Shown here: one piece after another, positions 42,307-52,187 of the stretch
Position numbering within the stretch: position 1 is the stretch's first letter
Layout of the letters: every line of letters starts with the position of its first letter
NCBI GenBank assembly: GCA_965219445.1
Contig: CBDCNQ010000005.1
Location: forward strand, 1,600,001-1,664,000
Reading direction: 5' to 3'
Source: Longimicrobiales bacterium
GTDB taxonomy: Bacteria; Gemmatimonadota; Gemmatimonadetes; Longimicrobiales; Gaopeijiaceae
DNA length: 64,000 nt
Notes under the pieces: generated by a model
Seen by the model: only the letters and a program-made list of their open reading frames with translations
Databases searched by the model: none
What the model was told of the DNA's origin: nothing
Translations under genes and position numbers: made by a program

Positions 42307-42943
42307 ATGGCTGAGCTGACAATCGAGGTGGTCGAGCATCCGCTCATCGAACACAAGCTGTCCTTTGTGCGGGACCGGAGCACCGGGCAGAAGCGGATGC
42401 GGGAACTCGTCGAGGAGATCACGCTGCTGATGACCTTCCAGGCCCTGCGAGGACTGAGGGGCGAAGAGGTGGCCTTCTCGACACCACTCGAAGAGACGCG
42501 GGCGCGTCGTATCCGCGAAGACCGGATCGTCGTCGTCCCGATCCTGAGGGCGGGGCTGGGCATGGTCGAGGGAGTGCTGCGGCTGATTCCGGGAGCGCGG
42601 GTGGGCCATCTGGGCTTCTATCGGAACGAAGAGACGCTGCAGCCCGTGCGCTACTACGGAAAACTGCCCCCCGACGCCGAACGGTGCAGCTTTCTGCTGG
42701 TGGATCCGATGCTTGGAACCGGTGGCACTGCCTGTGCCTCTATCGCGGATCTGAAGGCACGCGGGGCGCACGACATCGCACTGATGTGTCTGATTGCGGC
42801 GCCCCGAGGGAGCCGGCCGCCTGGCTATGGAGCACCCTGACGTGCCCATATTCGCTGCGGCACTCGACCGCAGGCTCAACAAGCGTGGCTACATCCTTCC
42901 AGGCCTCGGGGACGGGGGCGACCGTCTGTTCGGCACCCTGTAG
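42307..42943 (+). pseudogene. upp: Uracil phosphoribosyltransferase, frameshift near 42805
   Basis: [35 protein letters not shown] in another frame. Confidence 0.88.
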
Positions 42944-42975
42944 CAGGCGGCTCACCTTTCGGTTACCGTTAAGAT

Positions 42976-43049
42976 GGGCCCATAGCTCAGGCGGTTAGAG
43001 CAGCGGACTCATAATCCGACGGTCGGGGGTTCAAGTCTCTCTGGGCCCA
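42976..43049 (+). tRNA. tRNA with CAT anticodon, most likely tRNA-Ile2; no encoded CCA
   Basis: GGGCCCA/TGGGCCC acceptor, TAGCTCAG D-arm, CTCATAA loop, GTTCAAGT T-loop; G.A mismatch at the top of the anticodon stem. Confidence 0.88.
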
Positions 43050-43152
43050 TGAGTGCGCGGGCTTTGTGGCCTTCGAGCACTTGACGACCGAGGAAAAGCG
43101 GCTTCAATTCTCGTAGGTTCTCGCGCTTCTCAAACTCTGAAGGCGGCGGCAC

Positions 43153-43515
43153 TTGTTCTTCCGGCAATCGAGCAGATGGGACCTGCGCCGGGTGGGCATT
43201 TCGTGCATCGCCACGCTTCAGATCGGCGTTTCGGCCAGCCTGAGTCCCGCCGATGCGATCCTCGACATCGAGGGATTCGGGTCACCGGTTCATATCGAAT
43301 CGCCGGAAAATGCAGATTGTGCCGTCGATCACGGGCACTTCTTCTGCCAAGTGGTGCGATCGCTCTCCAAGGCCGGGGTCTCGGAAGGGATCACGCTTTC
43401 CCAGGTAGGCGAGCCTCCCCTCCGACTACCCGAGGCGAACCGAGACGCTGACCGAGTCCCCATCGCGCGGGTCCTGGTCGGTTCGGTCTTTCCCAGGGCT
43501 CCGCCCACCGCTTGA
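43153..43515 (+). CDS. His/Cys-rich leader protein ending in RAPP (DUF2946-like)
   Basis: HIESPENADCAVDHGHFFC...FPRAPPTA* directly upstream of a TonB-dependent receptor. Confidence 0.65.
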   Translation: MFFRQSSRWDLRRVGISCIATLQIGVSASLSPADAILDIEGFGSPVHIESPENADCAVDHGHFFCQVVRSLSKAGVSEGITLSQVGEPPLRLPEANRDADRVPIARVLVGSVFPRAPPTA

Positions 43516-43599
43516 CGCGCCTCGGGGCGCCCGCGCCCCGCTCCTTCCGTCCTTTCACGGTCTGGTCACCCTATCGCGGGTGGCCCGTATCCGTGAACC

Positions 43600-45864
43600 G
43601 TGCGTCCAAAGCGAATCCGCCATCCATTGAAGAAAACGCTGCTCGACTTGCTCCGTACCGGCGTCGTCATAACCATCGCCGGACTCGCCGCGCTATCGGC
43701 ACCCGCATCATCGCAGGAGCCGGAGCACGAAGGCGAGATCGAGGGGGTGGTGCGCGACGCCGAGACGGGAGCCCCTCTCGCAGGGGGGCTCGTTTCGGTC
43801 ATCGGCACGGGAACGAGGGCCGTGACACACGGCGACGGGACCTTTCACCTGACCGGGATCGCCGACGGGAGCTACTCGCTACGAGTCGACCGGTTGGGGT
43901 ACCGCGGCTCTACCACCGAGGTGACGGCGGGGGACGAATCCGCGGTAGTCGTAATCGAATTGGTGACGTCTCCGATTGCACTCCAGGGAATGGTGGTCAC
44001 CGCGACCCTTACCGAGCGGGGTGCCGCGGAAGCGCTGCGGCCCGTGAGCGTCATGGCTGGCGAAGAGCTGCAACGCCGGATGGAAGCGACTATCGCGGCA
44101 ACCCTGGCCGCCATGCCGGGGATGGCCGTCACGAGCATGGGACCGGCAGTTTCGCAACCGGTTGTCCGCGGGTTGAGCGGGGACAGGGTGCTCTTGCTGG
44201 AGGACGGGACAGCTGTGGGGGATGCCTCCAACTCCGGCTCGGACCACACTACCGGGCTCGACCCGGCGTCCGCACGACGGATCGAGGTGGTGCGGGGCCC
44301 GGGGGCCCTCCTCTACGGGGGTAACGCCCTTGGCGGGGTCATTAACGTCATCCGCGATGAGATCCCCTCGGCGGTCCCGCATCACGTGACGGGCTCGGCA
44401 ACGCTTCAGACCCAGACGGTGACCGGCTCGCTGAGTGGCAGCGCGACGGCCGTTTTCGCGGTCGCCGAGCACGTGCCTTTGCGCGTGGAGGGGGCGGTGC
44501 GGACGGGTGGAGACCTCAAGACACCGCTGGGCACACTGCCCAACACCGATGGCGATCTGTGGAGTGGCGGAGTCGGCACGGCCTACGTGGCGGAGTGGGG
44601 TCACCTGGGGGCGTCTTTCCGTGGCTATCGAAACCACTACGGCATCCCGGGCGGTTTCGTGGGGGGACACGAGGAAGGGGTGCGTATCGAGATGGAGCGC
44701 GCCGCTTCGAAATTCCGGACTTTGGTCGACGATCCCGTCGGTCTCTTCCAGGACATCCGTTTCGACGCGACCCACACCTGGTATCGACACCGTGAACTGG
44801 AGCCACCGGGAATCCTCGGAACCCTCTACGAGAGGCAGACCGCCAGTGGGGAACTCCTGGGCCGACACGGAGAATTGGGACCCTTCACAGCAGGAGCGGT
44901 GGGCGGTCGTTTTTCCTGGGAGGACTTCGGGTACGGCGGAAGCCTGTACACGCCGGACACGCGTCGCAGCAAGGCGTCTCTGTACTTTCTGGAAGAGGTC
45001 GACCTGGGATCTGTCCAGATCGAATGGGGGCTACGCTACGACTGGACCGGAGCCAATCCGGTGGAGAGTGATCGGGATTCGGACATCGGCAAGATCCGTA
45101 ACCGCACGTTCAATTCGTTGTCGGGTTCGCTCGGTGTGCTGTACACCGCCAGCTCGGGTCTGACGCTCGGGGTCAGTCTTACCCGTGCGTTCCGGACACC
45201 CGACATCAACGAACTCTACTCGGAGGGGCCGCATCTGGCGGCCTACTCTTTCGAAGTCGGAAACCCGTCCCTGGAGGGCGAGATCGGTAGAGGGCTCGAC
45301 GTCTTCCTCCGCTTCGAGTCCGACCGGGTAAGGGCCGAAGTGACCGGCTTCTACAACGACATCGAGGACTACGTCTACGGAGAGGACACGGGCCGCCTGA
45401 GCCGGGTGCTCCTCCCCATCTATCAGTTCCGGGGCAACGACGCTGTCTTCAGCGGTTTCGAAGCCGCCGCGGACCTGGCCGTGGGGCGCGGAATGGCCCT
45501 GGAGGCGGTTGCGTCGTCGGTGAAGGGGAGTCTGAAGGCGACCGAGCAACCCCTCCCACTCGTACCTCCGCTCAAAGGGCATTTGGCTCTGAAGTACGAG
45601 CGGCCGCTGTGGTTCATCCGCGCGGAGACCGAGATGGCGAGCCGCCAGGACCGAATCGGCGAGTTCGAGATGCCGACCGGCGGCTACACGGTCCTGAATC
45701 TCTCAGCCGGTGCGAGGGTCACTCTGGGAGGTCGTCTGAATGTGCTCACGGTGAGCCTCGACAACGCCACGGACGCGGAATACCGCAACCACCTCTCCCG
45801 GGTAAAGGAGATCATGCCCGAGGCCGGGAGGGGCCTGAGTGTGACATACCGAGTCGTGTTCTAG
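43600..45864 (+). CDS. TonB-dependent receptor, probably metal uptake (ZnuD-like)
   Basis: CarboxypepD-like N-domain, PVVRGLSGDRV, RIEVVRGPGALLYG, ELYSEGPHLA, C-terminal F. Confidence 0.92.
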   Translation: MRPKRIRHPLKKTLLDLLRTGVVITIAGLAALSAPASSQEPEHEGEIEGVVRDAETGAPLAGGLVSVIGTGTRAVTHGDGTFHLTGIADGSYSLRVDRLGYRGSTTEVTAGDESAVVVIELVTSPIALQGMVVTATLTERGAAEALRPVSVMAGEELQRRMEATIAATLAAMPGMAVTSMGPAVSQPVVRGLSGDRVLLLEDGTAVGDASNSGSDHTTGLDPASARRIEVVRGPGALLYGGNALGGVINVIRDEIPSAVPHHVTGSATLQTQTVTGSLSGSATAVFAVAEHVPLRVEGAVRTGGDLKTPLGTLPNTDGDLWSGGVGTAYVAEWGHLGASFRGYRNHYGIPGGFVGGHEEGVRIEMERAASKFRTLVDDPVGLFQDIRFDATHTWYRHRELEPPGILGTLYERQTASGELLGRHGELGPFTAGAVGGRFSWEDFGYGGSLYTPDTRRSKASLYFLEEVDLGSVQIEWGLRYDWTGANPVESDRDSDIGKIRNRTFNSLSGSLGVLYTASSGLTLGVSLTRAFRTPDINELYSEGPHLAAYSFEVGNPSLEGEIGRGLDVFLRFESDRVRAEVTGFYNDIEDYVYGEDTGRLSRVLLPIYQFRGNDAVFSGFEAAADLAVGRGMALEAVASSVKGSLKATEQPLPLVPPLKGHLALKYERPLWFIRAETEMASRQDRIGEFEMPTGGYTVLNLSAGARVTLGGRLNVLTVSLDNATDAEYRNHLSRVKEIMPEAGRGLSVTYRVVF

Positions 45865-45935
45865 GAATGTTCCGGCGCACGACTTCGACTGACCGACACA
45901 ATGAAAAACTCAAGAGCCATCGAAGGAGAATACAG

Positions 45936-46409
45936 ATGAACACGAAGAGCTACAGAAGCCCGCTGGCCGCATTGGCGGCCATTCTCGCCCTGACGCTTGC
46001 CGGCTGCAGCGAGTCGATGACCGAGGTCGAAGAGGAACATGCGGAACCCGAGGGAGTCGAGCTGGTCATGGGCGGCCTCGTGATCGCCACCTACGATGGG
46101 GAGACTCAGAGATGGGTCGGCGAGATGGAGGTCGATGCAGGTGAGGAGACGCCCCACATCGCGGTGCGATTTGTCGATCATGACGGCGATGCGATCACTC
46201 TCGGCCAGGAGCTCTACCTGGAGGTGGATATCGAAGATGAATCGATTGCCGAGTTCGAACAGGATACGCCGGGAGAGTTCGGTGGCCATCTACACGGCGT
46301 CGCGGAGGGTGAAACGGGAGTGACTTTCAAGCTCATGCATGGTACCATCGGGTCCGGACATCCCGACTTCGTGACGACTCCCGTCCACGCGCATGTGCAT
46401 GGGTCATGA
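45936..46409 (+). CDS. His/acidic-rich lipoprotein
   Basis: RBS AAGGAG, lipobox LAGC, EEEHAE, GHPDF, HAHVH. Confidence 0.8.
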   Translation: MNTKSYRSPLAALAAILALTLAGCSESMTEVEEEHAEPEGVELVMGGLVIATYDGETQRWVGEMEVDAGEETPHIAVRFVDHDGDAITLGQELYLEVDIEDESIAEFEQDTPGEFGGHLHGVAEGETGVTFKLMHGTIGSGHPDFVTTPVHAHVHGS

Positions 46410-46784
46410 ATCCTGGCAGCCCGTGGAAGAAACCCTCTCGGCATTCGACCGGCGATGCATCCGGGCCGGGACGCTGCGTTCTGCGTTGCTTTTCGGGCGA
46501 ATAGCGCTGCTCCTCGCCCTTCAAAGCGCCTTGCCGGGCCGTAGGATCGCCCAAGATCGACGAACTCCCGTCCCTGAGGGGTACGGGTAGGGTGGAAAGC
46601 GGGGCGCGGGAGAGGTCGCCGCCATCGCCAAGGCGAACGGACTCGCCCTCGCCGCCCGCGAGACTGGTGGCAACGAGGCGGAGAAGCTTGCCCGCAACGG
46701 CCCGGTGGACGCTGTTCCGGGCGGTGCCCGGAGGTGCGTGACGGAGGTCCGTCAGCGCTGGCTTGAGCCACTCTAAGGTGGTCA

Positions 46785-46865
46785 AGCCAGCCTACCCTTT
46801 GGGGCCACGCTTCGCGGGTCCCCGGCAGGGGCTGGCGAGGGTGGCTCCGCCCCCTTCGATCCCCT
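46785..46865 (+). promoter_or_regulatory. oriT-like motif A (copy 1)
   Basis: 53 bp identical to 58207-58259, which precedes a mobC-like gene; related to 62274-62334(-). Confidence 0.5.
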
Positions 46866-47100
46866 GGACGCCCGCGCTCCGGCAGGCCATGGCGCGCACG
46901 CGGCCGGCAGGTCGCGCGCATCGGCGGCAACCTCAACCACCTCGGGGCAGTTTCGGGCTTGGTCGAGCGCCGACGCCGACCTCACTGGGACGACTTGCCG
47001 AGCCACCTAGCTGGTGAAAAGCCGTGACCGGCGGCCGGATTCGTTGATACGCCGCGCTCGCAGCGGCGCTTGATGGCCTTCCCGCTAGGGATTGCTGGAG

Positions 47101-47347
47101 GGGAGCGACCCCCGGCGGAGGGTGGCATGGGTGTGCACATGCCAACCCTCCGCGATGCCGATCGAGGCATCGAATCCGGGGGGTCGCTCCCTTCTTCGGC
47201 CGAAAGCTCCGGAGCGGCGTCGCCGCTCCGGCGGCCGTGCCGCAACTGTAAGACAGGCAGCCACATACGGGAGCGCCGGCGCGCACATGAAAATGGCGTT
47301 TCGGTGCACATGCACCCCGTTGTCTGATGTGCACTCGCCGATCAGCA
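47101..47347 (-). repeat. Inverted near-copy of the host element's structured intergenic region 57041-57289
   Basis: Direct comparison, e.g. TGCTGATCGGCGAGTGCACATCAGACAACGGGGTGCATGTGCACCGAAACGCCATTT shared. Confidence 0.9.
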
Positions 47348-47399
47348 CCGACGCTCGCCGTCCGGGGGTCAAGATCCGCCCCCCGGAAGCCGACTCGAA

Positions 47400-47968
47400 C
47401 GCCATGGCGGCATCTCTATGCTGACCCCCGAACAGGTCCACTTCGGTCACGCCGATCAAGTCATCGCCCGCAGGAAGGCTGTGCTCCGCGAGGCTTGGGC
47501 CGCTCATCCCGAGCGCTTCGTCTCCGGTCAACCGAAGCCTCAACCACTCCCGGAGGCCGTCTGGATCAATCCTCCAAGCCTCCCCCTCACTACACAGGAG
47601 ATTGCTCTCTAATTGATTCCCCCCGAGTGTCTCACAACCGTTGACAGGTTCCGTTGCGCCATGTCGTCAGGTGCGACGAGTACAAGCCCTCCCGCCGTAG
47701 GAGTCGGCCGACCTCTCCGAACTCCGTGCAGCGGTCCGCTTCTTCGACGATCCGCAGCTTGTACGACGGAGCGAACCGGCGGCGGAGCGGCTTAACCACG
47801 ACCTCCGGGTCCGGAGCAGCTGCCGCGCTTCGCTTACCCTCCCAGGTTAGTGGGGCGATTCCATTCTCTTCCATTCTCTCTCGGTGTCCCAGCATCCTCG
47901 ATTTCTCTGCCTTCGCCCTACTCTAATTCTTTACTCGTTCCGTGTCTCACCTAAGTTGGCAGAGAGGG
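47400..47968. mobile_element. IS3/IS481-like remnants: transposase C-terminus + right end (+), abutting inverted left end + N-terminus (-)
   Basis: LTPEQVHFG...AHPERF...VWINPP; RRRFAPSYKLRIVEEAD...LRREGLYSSHL; TGTCTCAC ends at 47628 and 47943. Confidence 0.7.
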
Positions 47969-47969
47969 T

Positions 47970-48164
47970 TACGTTGTTGAAGGACATGTGCCCGCGGATG
48001 ACATCAAAAGCATGCTCCGGGACAGGCCGACCATGGTGGGGTTGGCGATACCGGGTATGATTGTCGGGACGCCCGGAATGGAGGTGCCCGGCCAGCTGGC
48101 TCGACCTTATCAGGTTCTCGCGTTCGACGAACAGGGTAGGACGGCCGTCTACACTAGCCGTTGA
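47970..48164 (+). pseudogene. DUF411-like metal-binding protein, 3' fragment
   Basis: YVVEGHVPADDI...GLAIPGMIVGTPGME. Confidence 0.75.
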
Positions 48165-48256
48165 GGGTCAGATTCTTAACGCCTCTTGGGGACTTTTCCT
48201 TCAATGGTAGGACGGACTCGTGACCTTTAGGTGAACACTCTGCGGAAGGAGCCTCC

Positions 48257-49126
48257 ATGTTTGAGAAAGTGCTAGTGTCTATGGACCTATCGCCGGCCAC
48301 CGAGGCCCTCGTGTCTGCACTTCCTGATATGCGAGAGCTCGGTACTCGAGAGTTTCTTCTTGTCCACGCGGCAAAGCCTCTTCGCGGTCCGACATCCGAG
48401 TCGCTGGCCCGAGTGGAGGAGTACCGTGGCCGCTTGAACGGCTTGGCGGACCGCCTGAAGGAGGCTGGATTTTCGGTGAGCGTCCGTGTTCCGACCGGTG
48501 CACCGGCCGAAGAAGTGGCGAAGGCAGTAAAAGCCAAGGATCCCGATGTCGTTCTCGTGGGGTCCCGGAGTCACACCCTGATCCGGGAGGCCTTCATCGG
48601 TAGCGTGGCATGGGACATCGTGCGAAGTGCCGGCCGTCCTGTCCTTCTCCAAAAGATCGAACCGAGCCGAGGAGACCCGGAAGCGGCGTTGGAGAGTCCT
48701 GGCACGGGCCTTCCCAAGCACGTGGTTTTTCCTACCGACTTCTCCGATACGGCGAAAAGGGCCCGCCCGTGGCTTCTCGGACTCGTCGGAGATGGCGCGC
48801 CCTCTTTCTCACTTCTCCACGTGATGCCCACGGTGGCAAAGGAGGGAAGGAAATCGGCCGAGAGCCAGTTGGACGAGCTCGCTCAAGAGCTTCGTGAGCA
48901 AGGCGCTACAGACGTAAGCTACCGCGTTCCAATCGGCACGCCGTACGAAGAGATCCTGAAGGCGGGTGGCAACAGGGCCGATGCGTTCGTTGTGATGGGC
49001 ACCCACGGACGGGGGTTGCTCCCCGGGGTAGTGCTAGGGAGCGTGGGCCGACAAGTGGTTCGTCACGCCTCTGCTCGGGTTCTCCTCATCCCAGGGGAGG
49101 AGGAGTCGGTGGTCAGATGGCGTTAG
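48257..49126 (+). CDS. Universal stress protein (tandem USP)
   Basis: VLVSMDLS, FIGSVA, VFPTDFS, MGTHGRG, LGSVG. Confidence 0.92.
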   Translation: MFEKVLVSMDLSPATEALVSALPDMRELGTREFLLVHAAKPLRGPTSESLARVEEYRGRLNGLADRLKEAGFSVSVRVPTGAPAEEVAKAVKAKDPDVVLVGSRSHTLIREAFIGSVAWDIVRSAGRPVLLQKIEPSRGDPEAALESPGTGLPKHVVFPTDFSDTAKRARPWLLGLVGDGAPSFSLLHVMPTVAKEGRKSAESQLDELAQELREQGATDVSYRVPIGTPYEEILKAGGNRADAFVVMGTHGRGLLPGVVLGSVGRQVVRHASARVLLIPGEEESVVRWR

Positions 49127-49480
49127 CGCTCGGGCGCGTGGCGATCCGGGGCCGACACGTCCGTTCAGTAAGCGTTCGGCGGGGTGACTAGAGGCGCCTC
49201 GCCAGTACGTTCCCGAACGCCCCCGCCGTCGCGACGAGATTCCAATTTTCGGGATCGCCACGTCGTCATCTGCCGGGTCTTCCTCAGCCCCGCGGGACGC
49301 CCGCGACGCCCAAGGAAGAACCCGTCACGGGTTCCGCGAACGTACCGTAAGCTCCCGTGTAATCGCCCGCCAATTATACGGGATCACATACGATAGAAAC
49401 GAGTCGGACCAAAAACTACGACATCCATAAATAACTATAGGTCATATACTTATGACGACATAGGGACAGGATAGACAGTA

Positions 49481-49491
49481 GATCAACCGTC
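49481..49491 (+). repeat. att core (distal end)
   Basis: GATCAACCGTC. Confidence 0.9.
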
Positions 49492-51317
49492 CGGGCACGG
49501 TGTGGGACGGCGCGACGGGGAGCGGTATGAACTGGCGGCTCGCCCTCTCGGAGCTCGAGGCGGAGCGTTCGCACCTGCGCCTCGACGGCGAGCCGGTGAT
49601 CCTGTACTCGCTCCTGTCCCCGCCCGGCCAAGCCTACGCCAACCTGCTCCGGGAGCTCTACTGCCTGGACGCGGTGATGACGGTCTCGCTCGAGTGGCGG
49701 CCCTGGGCGATGGAGGCGGCCCGGCGCCGGATCCGTGGCACGCAGCGGCACTACTTCGCGCGCCGTTACTCGATGATGGCGCACGTGCAGGAGACGGAGG
49801 GCACGGCCGCCGCGATGGTCGACTCGGCCGCGGCCACGGAGTCGGACCGTCTGGGCGAGGCGCTGGTCGAGCTGGAAGCGGACGGGGTGAGCTACGGCGA
49901 GGCGACGCTGACCGTGGCGCTCCACGGCGAGCTGGGAAGCATCGAGCGGCTGGACGGCGACCTGCGTCGGCTGTTCGCCGCGCACGACGCGAAGGTGATC
50001 CGGGAGGGCTACGGCCAGCTGCCGGCCTGGTTCTCCCGGCTGCCGGCCCAGCCGCGTGGGCGGCAGGTGCGGAAGGTGTTCGTATCGGCCGGAGTGGCCG
50101 CGTGCCTGGCGCCGCTCTTCGGGCCGCCCAAGGGCCGGGCTAAGAGCAAACACCTTGGCCGTGAGTCGCTCGCGGTCTTGGAGACCCCGTGGCGCACGGC
50201 GTACCACTACGACCTGTTCGCCGGTGATGTGGGCCACACGTTGATGCTCGGCGCGACGGGCTCGGGCAAGAGCTTCACACTGAACTTCCTCCTGGTCGAA
50301 GCTCTCAGGTACGACCCGCGCGTCCTGATTCTGGACTTGGGCGGCTCGTACCGCTGGCTGACCCGGTTTCTCGGGGGCCGCTACCTGGAGCTCTCGCCAG
50401 GCGAGGCGGAGCCGACGCTCCGGCTTCAGCCGTTCGCGCTCCCGGCGGGCACGCGGACGTTCCAGTTCCTGACGGGCTGGGTGCTACGGCTGCTGAAGCT
50501 CGGCGGTTGGGAAGCGAGCGGAGCGGATACGAGCGAGATCCGGGCGCGCATTGAGGATCTGTATGCGTTCGAGCCGGAGCGGCGGACGCTGAGCGTCCTG
50601 GCAAGCTCGCTTCCGTCCGCGACGTGGCCGGCCTGGAGCCGCTGGACCCAAGGCGGCGCGTGGGGCGGCTACTTCGACAACCCGGCCGTCGGAGCGCCGG
50701 ATCTCGAGTTCGCCGACTGGCAGGTGATCGATCTCGCCGGGGCGGTCGAGCATCCGGATCTCTGCGACGCGGCGCTCTCCTACCTGCTCGAGCGCATGCG
50801 CCTCGAGGTCGAGGACCCGTCCGAGGCGGCGCGCCTGAAGTTGATGGTCGTGGACGAGGCCTGGCGCTACCTGCAGGACCCGGCGGTGCTGAGCTACCTG
50901 GCCGAGGCGGCGAAGACGTGGCGGAAGAAGAACGCCGCGCTGATCCTCGCCACGCAGTCCGCCGTCGACGTGACGGCAACGCCCGGCGCTGCGGCGCTCC
51001 TCGAGTCGATCCCGACCAAGCTGTTCCTCGCGAACCCGGAGCTCCCCGACGAGGTCGGGGCGCTGTTCCGGCTGAACGACTCGGAGCTGGCGCAGGTCCG
51101 GGGCCTGATCCCCAAACGCGAGCTCTACCTCCGCCGCCCGGACGGGGCGGCGGTGCTCCGGCTCGAGGTCGATCCGGAGAGCTACTGGCTCTACACCTCG
51201 TCCGCATTGGACGCCGAGGAGAGGGCCCGTGCCGTCGAGCGCCACGGGCTCGCCCGGGCCATCGAGGTTCTCGCGAGCCGAGACGATCCCACCCCCACCC
51301 CCAACGCAAGGAGCTGA
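49492..51317 (+). pseudogene. virB4: VirB4 ATPase, 3' part (interrupted)
   Basis: GHTLMLGATGSGKS, MVVDEAW, TWRKKNA, ATQS. Confidence 0.9.
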
Positions 51318-51323
51318 TACGCC

Positions 51324-52187
51324 ATGCGACCACCGACTACACCCATCGTTCTAACCGCGCTTCTCTTGGCTGCGCTCCCGGCCGGGGCTACCGCCCAGCA
51401 GGAGGACGACCAAGCGTTCCTCCGGGTGCCGGTCCCGGAGGAGGGGGAGGATCGGATCCACCGGCTCCGCACCCAAGTCCGTCACACGACGGTGATCGTG
51501 CTCCCCGCCGGTGAGAACATCCTGGATTTCGTGGTCGGCGACTCGGAGTACTGGCATCTGACGGGCGCCGCGAACGTCGCGTTCCTGAAGCCCCTCTCGG
51601 CGGACGCGGCGACGAATATCGCGCTCGTCTGCGAGTCCGGGCGCATCTACTCGTTCCTGGTGGCTGAGCAGAGCGACGGGCCGCCCCATCTGGTCGTTCG
51701 CGTAGAGTCTGGAGCAGAGGCGGCGCGGCTCTCCGGAGGCAGCGGCCGTCCCGCGTTCGTCGCGCGTAGCGAGGTCGCGGCCTATCAGCAGATGGCCGCC
51801 GAGGCGGCCGAGGCGGCTCGCAGCGCCCGGGAGGCGGCCGAGGCCGGCATCCTGGAGGCCCGGTCGCAGGCTGAGTCGGCGATCGAGGCGTTCCGTGCCG
51901 GCTATCCGGAGCGTCTCGCGTTCGAGTACCGGCTCGACGAGGACGCGGCCGACCGGCCGTTCCTGGTCGAGGCGATGTGGCACGACGGGCAGTTCACCTA
52001 CCTGCGCTCGCATGCCCAGGAGTCGCCGGCCCTCTATGAGCTCCGGGACGGCGAACCGGCGCTCGTCGCCTACGACCTCAGTGAGGACGGCCTCTACATC
52101 GCTCGACACGTGTTGGGCGACGGATGGCTCCAGATCGGCGACAAGCGGGCTGCCTGGCGGTTCACGCCGCGGGAAGCGCTCCGATGA
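51324..52187 (+). CDS. virB9: TrbG/VirB9 family protein
   Basis: TTVIVLPAGE, FLKP, TN, WHDGQFTY. Confidence 0.8.
   Translation: MRPPTTPIVLTALLLAALPAGATAQQEDDQAFLRVPVPEEGEDRIHRLRTQVRHTTVIVLPAGENILDFVVGDSEYWHLTGAANVAFLKPLSADAATNIALVCESGRIYSFLVAEQSDGPPHLVVRVESGAEAARLSGGSGRPAFVARSEVAAYQQMAAEAAEAARSAREAAEAGILEARSQAESAIEAFRAGYPERLAFEYRLDEDAADRPFLVEAMWHDGQFTYLRSHAQESPALYELRDGEPALVAYDLSEDGLYIARHVLGDGWLQIGDKRAAWRFTPREALR

Larger units (their letters stand above)
40080..49491 (+). mobile_element. ~9.4-kb tyrosine-integrase element inserted in virB4
   Basis: 11-bp direct repeats GATCAACCGTC at 40080-40090 and 49481-49491, AT-rich arms, integrase next to the left repeat. Confidence 0.9.

Noticed and set aside
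42976..43049. tRNA as the integration site of the nearby integrase
   Set aside because: No duplicate of its 3' end seen in the window; the direct repeats are in virB4 and the tRNA is internal cargo.
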